A stretch of 64,000 nucleotides of DNA from Eledone cirrhosa. Lineage: Eukaryota. The position numbers were made by a program, and so were the translations under genes. The stretch covers positions 57,536,001 through 57,600,000 of the forward strand of contig OZ024744.1 of the NCBI GenBank assembly GCA_964016885.1, in the 5' to 3' direction. The notes under the pieces were generated by a model that made no database searches, was not told the DNA's origin, and worked only from the letters and a program-made list of their open reading frames with translations. Shown piece after piece: positions 1 through 11,689 of the stretch (positions are counted from its first letter, which is position 1; the number at the start of each line of letters is the position of its first letter).

Positions 1-2640
1 ATTCGGTCACCTAGGTAGCAGAAGCTGTCTACTGTCTCTACAGACCCCTCCCAGAGATTGGTGGTACTTGTTTCCTGTGGCTGTTTGCTGCTTGCTGTCC
101 CAGTACAGCTGCTGCATGTGAAGCCTACATTCTTAATGAAGCTTCCTGAGATCCTGCTACATCTCTTGTGTACCCATTGTTTGCATTTGGGGTAGAGAAT
201 GGAGTTCCTACCTACACCTTTCCTACATACTGAGCAAGGCCATTTCTCTGAGGGGATCTGGGTCCTGTTTTCTTGTCTACTTACAAGGACCTTAGTCTTT
301 GTCATGTTGACTTTGAGACCCTTTCTTTCTAGTCCCTGCTTCCAAGTTTGGAATTTCTTCTCTAGTTCTACCATAGATTCAGCTATAAGTGCGAGGTCAT
401 CAGCATACAGGAGTTCCCATGGGCATCCGGTCTTAAACTCCTCCGTTATTGCCTGCAGGACTACGATGAACAGGAGAGGGCTAAGAATAGAGCCCTGGTG
501 GACCCCAACCTGTACGCTAAATTCCTCGCTATACTCATTGCTAATCCTAACTTTGCTGACTGCTCCCCTATACATGGCTTGTACCGCTTTCACAAGCCAT
601 TAATCTACTCCTAGTTTTCTAAGAGCCCACCAGATTCCAGCACGTGGAACTCTGTCAAAGGCTTTCTCGAGATCGACGAATGCCAGGTAGAGTGGCTTAA
701 CTTTTAGCTAGGTACTTTTCCTGTAACTGCCTCACAAGGAAGAGGGCATCAGTGGTGCCTCTTCCTAGTACAAACCCAAATTGCATCTCATCTAGTTTCA
801 CCCGGTCCCTAATCAACTGTGCTATAACTCTTTCTGTTACTTTCATGACCTGGTCTATCAGCTTTATACCTCTATAGTTTCCTCTATCGAGTGCATCACC
901 TTTACCTTTGTAGCAGTTGACAATGATGCTACTGCACCAATCTTTTGGTATGACACCTTCTAGTATTACCTGGTTAACAATACCTACAGACCCAGATGCC
1001 TTCAGCATCTCGGCAGCTATACCCGATGGACTGGTTGCCTTCCCCATCTTCATATCTTTGATAGCCTTACTTACTACGCTGCTGCTGACTTGTACTGCTG
1101 GCCCCTCTATAGGGTCTACTTGGGGTAGCGTCTCTTCTTCCCATGCATTCTCCTCATTTAGTAATCTGTCATAATGGCTCATCCACACATCTTTCTTCTC
1201 AGCACTTGTGAGGGCAAGCTCACCTTTATCATTCCGGATACACTTTTCTCCAATGACATCACAATTCTCTCTGACACACTGCCTCGCAATCTTGAACACC
1301 TCCTGTTTCTGGTCCTCACGTTGCAAAACATGCTTGAATTTTCTATCCTTTGCTTCCCTCCTAGCTAAGTATACTTGTTGCCTAGCTTCCCTCTTGGTCT
1401 CTATGTAATGTACCCTGCTCCCCCGTTCTTCCATTGTTTCCATGCCTGTCTCTTGGCCTTAACTGCCTCATCTACCTTATTGTTCCACCACCAAGTCACT
1501 CTCCTCCTGCTTGTGGTCTTACTCCAGCCACAGACCTCATCCGTCGCATCTAGTAAGTTATTTTTTAGGAAATCCCAGTGCTCTTCTACATTGAATGTCT
1601 CTATCTGTTCTTATTTACTCTCATAGGCGTCGAGTAAAATATCTTTAAATCTGTTACTGGCTGAGGGGTCTTTCAGCTTCCAGATCTTTCTTCTCCAGGT
1701 TGGCCTCTGTTTCCAAGTTTGTCTAGTTCGGACCGTGAGGTTGCTGACAACTAAGCTATGTTGGGAGGTACATTCCTCACTAGGGAAGGCTTTTGTGTTA
1801 CGACCGTCCATCTGTCACGTCCTCTGATGAGGATAAAATCTATCTGACTAGAATGTTCCCCTGATCTATAGGTGATCAGGTGGTTGTCGGGTTTTTTGAA
1901 GTTTGTGTTACATATCGACATGTCATTGGCGTCGCAGAATTCTAGAAGTCTAAATCCTTCTTCATTTCTTGTGCCAACCCCATGGCCTCCATGGACTCTA
2001 TTGAAGCCGTCACAGTGTTTACCTACGTGTCCGTTAAAATCTCCTGCGATGATTAGGAAGTCATTGTCATTTGTTAGAGCAGTAGTGTGCATTAGGGACT
2101 CGTAAAATCTATGCTTAAGTTCGTCTGGCAACCCCGACTGGGGTGCGTAAGCTGATATTATTGTGGTAATTGTTTTATTCAGGACTAGTCTGAGTTTAAT
2201 GATTCTTGCATTTACCCTGTACACTGAGATTACTTTATCTACACCCACTTGTCAGCTAGTAGTATACCTACACCACCCATCCCATCGTCATTTCCCACCC
2301 AGAAAAATTTGTAGCACTGACTTTTTCCTACAAGGACTCTAGCAGACTCTCCTCTCCATCTAGTCTCTTGCACACAGCGTACATCAATTTCCTTTCGCTC
2401 TAGCATTTCTACGATTTCTCCTGCTCTTCCTTTCATTGTGCTTACATTGATGGTACCAACTCGGAGTTTTGGGCATTTGTCGACACTCGTAGGAAGGGTA
2501 GAATTTTGCCGGGGTGTGTGTGTGCTTCCTCTCTCTGGATTGGGGCTTCACATGGGTGCTTGGTAGCTCCCGGATTCATATTCATTTCATCTATTAATTC
2601 AGAGTTGCTCCAATTTATTCTCAGCTTATCCATCCATAAC
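1..2640 (-). mobile_element. RTE-clade LINE, frameshifted (AP endonuclease, RT, PHD-like finger); runs off the window start
   Basis: Minus-strand ORF pieces: 2239-2436 (EIVEMLERKEIDVRCVQETRW), 1751-2248 (SAYAPQ, GDFNGHVG, SQIDFIL), 697-1443 (YKGKGDALDRGNYRGIKL, QFGFV). The RT LLYADD region is antisense to ORF 199-603. Confidence 0.93.
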
Positions 2641-3290
2641 GGTAGGAAAATTCAGGGCTAGAAGAACAGTGGTGGTGGTAATAATGGCAGGGTGTGTTGG
2701 GCTGGGACGGGGGAGGAGAGAGTTAGGTAGTAGAAGAAATGGCATGCTGAGGTTTGATTGGTTGAATAGGCTATGGTGGTGGGAGGGTAATTGTGAGGTA
2801 GGCAGCCAGTCATGTCATCAAAATAACCTATAGAAGTGAATACAGCATGGCAAGATAACCGATAGAAATGAATACAGTTACAATAATAATAATAGCCAGT
2901 CATGGCCTGTAGCCTTTGATGGAAAGAAAAATAGACAGAGAGAGCCAGCATGGTAGGGGAAAATGAGGATAACAAAATAAATGTGTTGTGGTAGCTGAAA
3001 TACCTGGCAAGATTTGTATGGATGGATGGCTGGAAACGTAGCTAAATCAACTCTAGTGATTCATTTTAACCTTTCAAAGTAGAGTGTGTCTTATCTCTTC
3101 AATAACTTCAAGATGAGTGAGGGGGAATGGGTGAATCTCTTTTCCTTATCTCACCAAATTACAGGACATAAACAGTCATGGGTACACATGCATATGTATA
3201 GTATCCTGGATGTTTCATGTCTTAAAATATTGACCCTCGTCCAGGTGATCCATCTACAGATACAAATACTTGGGCACATCATTATTATTG

Positions 3291-3475
3291 TTGGCAGTAT
3301 CGGTAGAGGGTTGGACGCCATGCTTTCCAGCATAGTTACGTCCCTTTAGGATCTGAGTTCAAATCCCGCCGAGGTTGACTTTGCCTTTTATCCTTACGGG
3401 GTCGATAGAATAAAGTACCAGTAATGTACTGGGTAATTGCTGGCCTTGTGCCTAAAGTAGAAACAATTATTATTG
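3291..3475 (+). mobile_element. tRNA-derived SINE family 1
   Basis: A-box TGGCAGTATCGG and B-box GAGTTCAAATCC. Central CTTTGCCTTTTATCCTTACGGGGTCGATAGAATAAAGTACC resembles the Meta-SINE domain. Ends in an (ATT)n tail; at least 7 copies in the window. Confidence 0.85.
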
Positions 3476-3950
3476 TATCTTGGAGTCACTGGGTATTTAA
3501 GATGTTATAACATGCACCCTCAATTAGGTAACCTAACCACAGATACAGATTCTTTGACATGTCATCAGTGTTGTATCCTGGAGTCACTGGGTATTTCAGA
3601 GGATTTTACTACATACACTCTCATCCAGATGACCTGATGTTGTTGATCAAACCTCAATGTCATACATCAAAGTGACATACTACTGATTCCACCACTCACT
3701 TCTCTTCAGCTATAGTCACCTAGATGCCCTTTCTGCTGCTTCCATATTGTTTTTGATAGTTCTCATCTTGCTCGCTCCCATAATATCCTAAATTCTGTAG
3801 ATTTTAAGGGAATGAACTGCAAACCCTTGGTTTCCCCCTGACATGCACCTGGCCCTCAGCCCATTCCTGCAGAAAATAGAAATATATGTTTTAAACACAC
3901 ACAAGTATGCATGCACACACACGCACGCACGCACGCACGCGCACACACGC

Positions 3951-4005
<55 letters not shown>

Positions 4006-4149
4006 TGTGTGTGTGTTTGCAAGCATGGTTGTGGTTAAGAAAGATAAAGAAAGAATACTAGACTAATAATGTGAAGATTTGCAACAAAGGGTTTCTATTT
4101 GTGTGTCTATTACCTCAATGAACTAGTTGCTTTTTATTGTGACACTAAC

Positions 4150-4630
4150 ATTACCAGGTACTAGCATTACAGGGTACATTTATCATGGCACCAGCACTTC
4201 CACTTTACAGTATGAACTGGATGCTTTTTTATTATGACACCAGCACTACCACTGTACAGAGTGGGTGGGATGAATTTATTATGGCACCAGCACTATTATT
4301 TTATAGTGTGAATTGGCAGTATCGGTAGAGGGTCGGACGCCATGCTTTCCAGCATAGTTACGTCCCTTTACAATGTGAGTTCAAATCCCGCCGAGGTTGA
4401 CTTTGCCTTTCATCCTTACGGGGCTGATAAAATAAAGTACCAGTAATACACTGGTTAATTGCTGGCCTTGTGTCTAAAGTAGAAACAATTATTTTATAGT
4501 GTGAACTAGGTGCCTTTTATTGTGGTATCAGCATTACTATTTTACTGTGTATTGGGTGCATTTATTGTGGCACCACTTTGCAGGGAGGACTGGGTAATTT
4601 TATTCATGGCAACAGCACTACTATTTTAAA
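4150..4630. repeat. Degenerate ~45-bp tandem repeat (TTTATTATGGCACCAGCACTAC...), interrupted by a SINE
   Basis: The motif tttatt(a/g)tggcaccagcact recurs. Its reverse complement occurs in the ~80-bp units at 37065-37250. Confidence 0.6.
4312..4493 (+). mobile_element. tRNA-derived SINE family 1
   Basis: Near-identical to 3291-3475. Confidence 0.85.
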
Positions 4631-5707
4631 GAGTAAGTTGGTGCAACCTTCCATCATAATTTTATCTGAGGAACATTTGTTAAGTTATACTCAGAATACA
4701 ATCTTAAAATGAAAAGATTAATTATAGAAATGTATGAGCAAGACATGGTCATGTGGCCTGTCAGGCATGGAAAAGGGGAGTATGATAGTGATGATGGAGG
4801 TGGAGAAGGAGGAGGAGAGTGCTGGAGGGGATGGTGGTGATGAGGATTAAGCTAGGTCAAAAGTTTTAGTTATTTTAAAAGTTAAAGTGAAACCCATTGG
4901 CAGTATATTTTATCAAAAATATGGTCAGAAAAAAGTTAACACCGTTTGTTATCATTTTGTTAATGAAAGGAATTTAAAAACATAAGTGATTTTTTTTCAT
5001 TATTAAGTTGGTGTTTGGAATATAACTAAACAAAATGTGCTTATATAAAATGATGATGAAAGGTTTTAAGCATAAACACTTTAAAACATGCAGTTCTGTA
5101 TCATAAAACCAGAGCTGGTTTTAGGTGTGCTGGCAATGAAAAGGTTATGTAATAGCATTAAGAATCAGGATTATTGCCTTGGTGTAAAGAAAGGAAAATC
5201 TTGGATGTAGATAAAAATCTTCATCAACTGTCTTGAGTTACTGAGAGAGAGATTACATGAGGTCTTGTTCTATAAAATAAGAATGCCCTCACCCACCCCA
5301 CACACACTTATCTTTCTTGGTACTGTACCCTCTGGATCTTCTGATACACAAGGAGGACAAAAACATAAAAAGTGGAACTCTTAGGTGCTGACATTTATAT
5401 TCTAAATTACATATTGTTGTACTAACCTCTGCTCTTATGGCCTGTCTTTCTCTTTCTCCCTCCTTTTATTTCTTTATCCCCCTTTCTCTCTTTGCTTTCC
5501 TCTTTTTCTCTAACTTTCAATTTTCTCTTTTTTTCTTTTTCTCTTTCCATCTTGATCACTCTCACACTATCTTTAGCCTTTTTTTCTTTTTCTTTGTTTT
5601 CCTCTCTCTCTCTCTTTTATATTCTTTTACTCTTCCCCTCTCCCCTCTCTTATTGGCATCCTTTGAATAAATATCAAATCTGTAATTAGTATATAGAATA
5701 TAGAAGT

Positions 5708-5940
5708 GTTATAGATAGATGAGTGTATATGTGTTGATACTTATCACATGTCATGTAGAATATAGGCCCCAGAAAGACAAAAATAAAAGAATTTAAATTA
5801 GAAATATAAGCTTTCACCGTATTTTTGACTAGTACGTCAATACTCATCTTTTTCCATTTCTCTGAGGGTTCTAAACCCCACTATCAGGCTAAACATTTCT
5901 TTAGTCAAAAATACGGTGAAAGCTTATATTTCTAATTTCA
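5708..5940. repeat. ~230-bp element with internal inverted repeat, copy 1
   Basis: Identical to 6406-6638. Internal IR AATTAGAAATATAAGCTTTCACCGTATTTTTGACTA with its reverse complement. Confidence 0.8.
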
Positions 5941-6405
5941 AACTCGCTCACTGTTTCAAAACATACTTAAAAGAATTTAAATCATCATCATCATTATCAT
6001 TGGCTGTTTTCTCTGCTAGCAAAGGTTGGCAGCGGGATTGGATAACACAGACCAAGTCAGTACTTAATCTGAACTACTGACCTCTTAGATGGGTTGGGGT
6101 TAGGGAAGTGGTTCCTGCTTACATACATTCCTGCACTGTATAGAGTGCATAGATTCATTTTTATCATGGCACCAGCACTAGGAAGGTTGTTATGCCTTTA
6201 TCACAACTGAAGAACCCTCCTGATCCTTTGTTTGGTAAGTTTTCTACTGCCGGATGCCCTTCTTATCACCAACCACTTTACAAAGTGGTGGTGGATTTTT
6301 ATTTGGCTACCACAGGAACATTACAATCTCACAAAAATGTTCTAGAATTTTGTAAAACAAAAAAGGTGGGTGGACAAATAGTAACGTCTCTCTCTCTCTC
6401 TCTCT

Positions 6406-6638
6406 GTTATAGATAGATGAGTGTATATGTGTTGATACTTATCACATGTCATGTAGAATATAGGCCCCAGAAAGACAAAAATAAAAGAATTTAAATTAGA
6501 AATATAAGCTTTCACCGTATTTTTGACTAGTACGTCAATACTCATCTTTTTCCATTTCTCTGAGGGTTCTAAACCCCACTATCAGGCTAAACATTTCTTT
6601 AGTCAAAAATACGGTGAAAGCTTATATTTCTAATTTCA
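6406..6638. repeat. ~230-bp element with internal inverted repeat, copy 2
   Basis: Identical to 5708-5940. Flanked by a direct duplication beginning AATGTTCTAGAATTTTG...GTAACGTCTCTC. Confidence 0.8.
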
Positions 6639-6687
6639 ATGTTCTAGAATTTTGTAAAACAAAAAAGGTGGGTGGACAAATAGTAAC

Positions 6688-6754
<67 letters not shown>

Positions 6755-6846
6755 CAGAAGGTTCAGTAAGTCAGCATTTGATGCAGAGCAGAGTGGATAC
6801 AATAAGAACAAAGTAGAGATGTTACATTGGAGATTTATTGCTCAAC

Positions 6847-6934
6847 CTGGTTACAAATGTTTCTCAAGCAGCCGGCTCATGATCTGGGTTGGCATTCCAG
6901 ATCAGATTCCAAGTCTGCCTGATCCTCAGACCAG
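6847..6934 (-). ncRNA. Type I hammerhead ribozyme, long stem II
   Basis: Minus strand reads CUGGU-CUGAGGA-UCAGG...CUUGA-GAAAC-AUUU-GUA^ACCAG. Stems I, II and III all pair. Confidence 0.8.
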
Positions 6935-6971
6935 TGTTAACACAACAAAATCACATCAAGTTGTGTTAACA

Positions 6972-7059
6972 CTGGTCTGAGGATCAGGCAAACTTGGAGT
7001 CTAGTCTGGGATGCCAACCCAGATCATGAGCCGGCTCCTTGAGAAACATTTATAACTAG
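6972..7059 (+). ncRNA. Type I hammerhead ribozyme, mutated mirror copy
   Basis: CTGGT-CTGAGGA-TCAGG...CTTGA-GAAAC-ATTT-ATA-ACTAG. A G>A change breaks one stem III pair. Confidence 0.65.
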
Positions 7060-7390
7060 GTTGAGCAATAAATCTCCTATGTAACACCTCCACCTTTTTT
7101 CTTATATCTATATATATAAAACTGTAGTTGTCTTTGTGTGTGTCCTCATTTTTGAAAAGTCTATACAAATCCACATTTCTACTCCGATTGACTTCAAACT
7201 TGCATTTATATATTCCTTGCGGTCTAAAGATATTAACTGCAGCTTTTATTTTTCAATTTTCTGTTGTTAAAAGGGTGTTAGGCGCCGGTTATCGATCTCT
7301 GTCGAGCCCTTTTAATATCTGTCTCTGCATAACAACATTGACCAACACGTCATTGCTGACGTACTATCTTCGCCACGTTTACACACACAT

Positions 7391-7418
<28 letters not shown>

Positions 7419-7421
<3 letters not shown>

Positions 7422-7605
7422 GGAACAAGTAAGACCCCGACGGCTGAGCTCAAGCCGTTTCGACGGCTAATTCTGAATTAGCCGTCGAAACGGCTTGAGC
7501 TCAGCCGTCGGGGTCTTACTTGTTCCTATTACCCACTCTACTACCCTAAGTATTGAGTACTTTGGTGCGTTATGGTCCACCTGGTTCCTTACCACATTTC
7601 CTTCG

Positions 7606-7610
<5 letters not shown>
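7419..7610 (+). mobile_element. Fold-back Penelope-like pLTR fragment containing the 3' half of a hammerhead
   Basis: Near-perfect palindrome at 7419-7529 centred on GACGGCTAATTC-T-GAATTAGCCGTC, followed by GAAAC-GGCT-TGAGCTC-AGCC-GTC^GGGG. Related copy at 30373-30475. Confidence 0.7.
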
Positions 7611-7651
<41 letters not shown>

Positions 7652-7655
<4 letters not shown>

Positions 7656-7835
7656 TGGCTGCCAACTCGTTTTCGAGTACGGCCACTACTTTATATCTAT
7701 GTAGGAGAACCCCTACCGATGCGCTGAACAAGTGTGACTTTTTAGTCCAGCCAGCGACTAGAAAACTCTGGTACAAACACTACACTTGTGACAATTATTG
7801 ACACATAGTGCTGGGCCCATGGTACCATGTGACAA
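7652..7835 (-). mobile_element. 3' UTR fragment of the RTE family at 12478-14620
   Basis: Reverse-complement similarity to 14438-14620. Confidence 0.8.
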
Positions 7836-8094
7836 GTGCAGAGAGATCTCCAGATATAAAGCAATGCCTGTGCCGTGAAGCTTTTATGGTGAGCAAAGGC
7901 ACTGCACAAAGCCATATACATATATACATATACACACATATATAAACATATACATACATATATATGTTACCGATTGTGTTATTTTTGTTTACCTTTTACA
8001 TACATATGTATATTTATACACATATACAAACACATATACACACATATATATATATACACATATACATATATATAAATATACACATAAAAATCTA

Positions 8095-8478
8095 TCTATC
8101 TAGGGCGGGTAAAATTCCCGAGATCCATGGACGAGTTCTCTCCAGAGGTCTCTGTCCCTCATTATCACTGGCATGTTCTGCGTCTCCAACAGACCAGTGT
8201 CTGTCCTTAGGGCATCAACATATGTTAACCTTGGTCTTCCTCTTCCAGTGTGTCCATGCAGAGGCTCCCACAGGAGCACTGAATGCAGTGTCAACTCTGG
8301 ATGTCACTGAGCATGTCCAACTAACCTCAGTCTCCTCTGTGTCACTCTTCTTTGCTGTAGTGGAGTCTGTGCTGCTGTACGGGTCTGAGACTTGGACACT
8401 GACCAAGAAAGTCACTAAGATGGTAGATGGGTGCTACACGAGAATGCTGAGGATGGCTCTGAACATTAATCAGTATAG
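8095..8478. mobile_element. RTE-type LINE 3' fragment with inverted 5' part
   Basis: Minus 8100-8294 encodes LLWEPLHGHTGRGRPRLTYVD (C-terminus). Plus 8340-8470 encodes VESVLLYGSETWTL...YTRMLRMAL (the upstream part). Confidence 0.75.
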
Positions 8479-9533
8479 GTCGCTTTAACCCGTCTTTTAT
8501 TATTCAAAAAACTTCTTGCCAATAAACATTAACCCTTTGTGTGCACAGAAGAGACTGGCTGTCTGCATTACGACATTATGACAAACATTGATGACGTATT
8601 ATGTTCGCTATTTTCTATTCATTGCCAGGGAACGTCTTCATGAACCAAAGTATCGTCTTCCTGTTTTCCTTCGGTTGCAACGTTTTTCGAAATATTTAAT
8701 TCTGCGTTCACAGATTGATTTTTTTAGTTTCAGAAGATCCCGTTAAGGGTGAAAGCAGCGATTCTTTGCTTAAACTTTAATCTGTTATTTTAATATATAA
8801 TATAAGTGAGGCAAGCCAGCCCAGTTGCCACTTCTTGCCAATAAACATTAACCCTTTGTGCGCCATTCACCTAACTGTAGACCAACAAATACCAACTAAA
8901 CGGAGCGTTGACAAGAACGATGGCGAATGAATCTTTGAGGTAAGCAGTTTCCTCCCGAGCTGTTAGTTCACGCGGGATTCTCTGCTACACCTTTTCGTAA
9001 TAATACCAAACAATGTACTGCTGGTCACTCCTTCCTCCAAAAGCCATACAAAGTGGACATGTGCATCGGGCAGATGGATCGGGTGCAAATCTACACCAGG
9101 CATATGCGCGAGAAATTCGCAAGGGACTGCACCGAGAGGGATAGAGAGAAAGAGTAACTTAGTGGAAAGAGTGCGAATGAACTTTTGAGGAGTATGAAAA
9201 GAAGGGGCTCAACAATATTTCTATGAACAATGCACGTAGACAGCTAAACTATACTTTCAACTTCTTAATTTTCTCTAAATAAAACAAGATTCCTGTTGGT
9301 ATATTTTCTCATTGGAGGTGCTATTACCAATGTTCTTACCCATGCAACGCCGGGATACACTGCTAGTATATGTATATATATATAGATTTTGAGTATATGT
9401 TGGTTGTATACCAACACTTCAGTATGCAGGCTGGAGCACTCAACGAAGTGCGCAGGTTGGTTTGGTTACTCTGGAGTAATGTAAAATAAAGTAAAATAAA
9501 AAGTCAAATGTTTAAAATTCAGCTTCGTTTATT

Positions 9534-9588
9534 ACTGCTATATATATTTCGGTGACAGCCATCTTTGGCTGTGACCTCTTCAGGCAGT
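9534..9588 (-). ncRNA. Type I hammerhead ribozyme, intact
   Basis: Minus strand reads ACUGC-CUGAAGA-GGUCACAGCCA-AAGA-UGGCUGUCACC-GAAA-UAUAUA-UA^GCAGU, immediately followed by AAUAAA. Confidence 0.88.
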
Positions 9589-10212
9589 CCGAATTAGTGT
9601 GGTATAGACAAGTACATATGTTGTTGAGGTGTATAATTTTGTCAATACTCTGATATGCCCAGTTCCTGGTTGGGTTGTTATTTCACTGAGGAACTGGAAT
9701 CATATGAATTCAAACAAACGAATTTCAGTGTCAAAGGGCCTCTTCTCCTCTCATTGGTCAGTTGTGAGAACATTCCTCATTCAAAAGTCTTATATATATA
9801 TATATATATATATCATTATCCTGTCCTGTTTTCAACTGGGAGACATTTTAAAGTTATTTATTTACATACTCACTCCATTTACATAGTCAAAAGACACTCA
9901 CTTGTTTTTTCTTGTCTCTTTATTGTTGTGCTGTCTTATATGCATCTTTCTGGTGGCTTGTTCTAAACTGCTAAGCAACTTGGACTCAATATTATGCAAT
10001 ACCACCCTTATGCATGAAATTGCATTGATAGAGTTGGCTGATGAGGAATATAGATGCTTTTGTTTATCCGTCTCATGTATTTCGCTTTGTTTTTTTTTTT
10101 TTGTGCTGTTTTGCTATATATATATATATATATTCCACAAATTAATATTATTTTACTTATCAATAAAACAATGTGCTATGTACTTGTAATAATTGTTATT
10201 ATTATAATTGCT

Positions 10213-11025
10213 TTGACGCATTGAGTTACGACCCTTGCCATTCTGAGTTCAAATCCCGCCGAGGTTAACTTTGCCTTTCATCCTTATTGGGGTCGATAAA
10301 ATAAAGTACCAGTAATACACTGGTTAATTGCTGGCCTTGTGCCAAAAGTAGAAACAATTATTATAATTGTAGAAACAATTATTATAATTGTTTCTACTCT
10401 TGGCACAAGGCCAGCAATACCCCAGTGCATTACTGGTACTTTATTTTATCGACCCTGTAAGGGCCCAAGACATTAGTGATGGTACAAAAGTGAAATACAC
10501 AGGAAAGAAACAAACATGACAGTAGGAATTATTTACTTTGAGTAAAGGGGTTGTGCGTGCATTGGCAGTAACGATAAGGACACCTTATTCAGTAAGACAG
10601 TGGATTGGCAGTATCGGTAGAGGGTCGGACGCCATGCTTTGACGCAAAGAGTTACGGCCCTTGCCATTCTGAGTTCAAATCCCGCCGAGGTTAACTTTAC
10701 GGGGTCGATAAAATAAAGTACCAGTAATGTACTGGAAAATTGCTGGTCCTGTGCCAAAAGTAGAAACAATTATTAGGGCGGTGAATTGGCAGTATCGGTA
10801 GAGGGTTGGACGCCATGCTTTCTAGCATAGTTAAGTCCCTTTACAGTCTGAGTTCAAATCCCGCCGAGGTTAACTTTGCCTTTCATCCTTATGGAGTCGA
10901 TAAAATAAAGTACCAGTAATGTACTGGGTAATTGCTGGCCTTGTGCCTAAAGTAGAAACAATTATTAATAGAAACACACTGGGTAATTGCTGGCCTTGTG
11001 CCAAAAGTAGAAACAATTATTAATA
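10213..11025. mobile_element. Cluster of about 5 full or partial SINE family 1 copies
   Basis: Copies at ~10213-10365 (+), 10387-10460 (-), 10601-10774 (+), 10776-10966 (+, full length) and 10976-11025 (+, tail only). Confidence 0.85.
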
Positions 11026-11303
11026 ATAAATAGAACTACTTAATGATAGTCTATATTGTATTGGAAGTCATCTCAGCCCAGCTGTCAAACAACCACTGAC
11101 AGTCTAACTATTAAATAAATGACTTCATTCTGCTATTTCTGCTTTTAAAGCAGCCAGAATTCAGTGTTGTATCTACTAACAGTGCTATCTGCCTGTCTGT
11201 CTGTGGAAGGAGGGGTGGGTATACCTGTCACACCATCACTCTCTCTCTCTCTGATCCTCTCCTACATCTTATCACCCTCCCTAATCCCCATGTGTGTGTT
11301 TGA

Positions 11304-11359
<56 letters not shown>

Positions 11360-11689
11360 TTCAATACTTAATCAGCACTACTGACCTCAAAGGTGCCCTC
11401 ACCTGTACCCTACAGAATGCACTGGGGTACATTTTATCATTGCTTCAGCACTAGGAGTTTGTTGTGTCATTACTGAAGACCTGCTCAATCCTTTTTGGCA
11501 TGGTTTCTACTGTTGGAAGCCCTTTTTAACATCAGCCACTTTACAGAGTGCACTGGGTGAATTTTATCATGTCACCAACAGTAGGGAGGTTGATATGTCT
11601 TTGGCAGCGGGTTGAAAAAGTTCATGGAATTACTATCTATGCTGGCTATAAAGGATTTCTCCCAGAGAACAAAAGACAGGTTGTATGAT

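Larger units (their letters stand above)
6811..7098. mobile_element. Non-coding fold-back (palindromic) element carrying two head-to-head hammerhead motifs, probably Penelope-derived
   Basis: Arms of about 135 bp around the loop AAAATCACATCAA. Each arm contains CTGAGGA...GAAACATTT(G/A)TA. Confidence 0.8.
7107..9366 (+). mobile_element. Non-autonomous Helitron with nested insertions
   Basis: 5' end TCTATATATATAAAACTG; 3' end CCATGCAACGCCGGGATACACTGCTAG inserted at A|T. The 5' portion is shared with 40481-41200. Confidence 0.75.

Noticed and set aside
199-603. Plus-strand ORFs antisense to LINE RTs (also 917-1174, 34858-35301)
   Set aside because: They are shadow ORFs of the retrotransposon coding strand.
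3291-3380. tRNA gene
   Set aside because: Has A and B boxes but no cloverleaf; it is a multi-copy SINE head.
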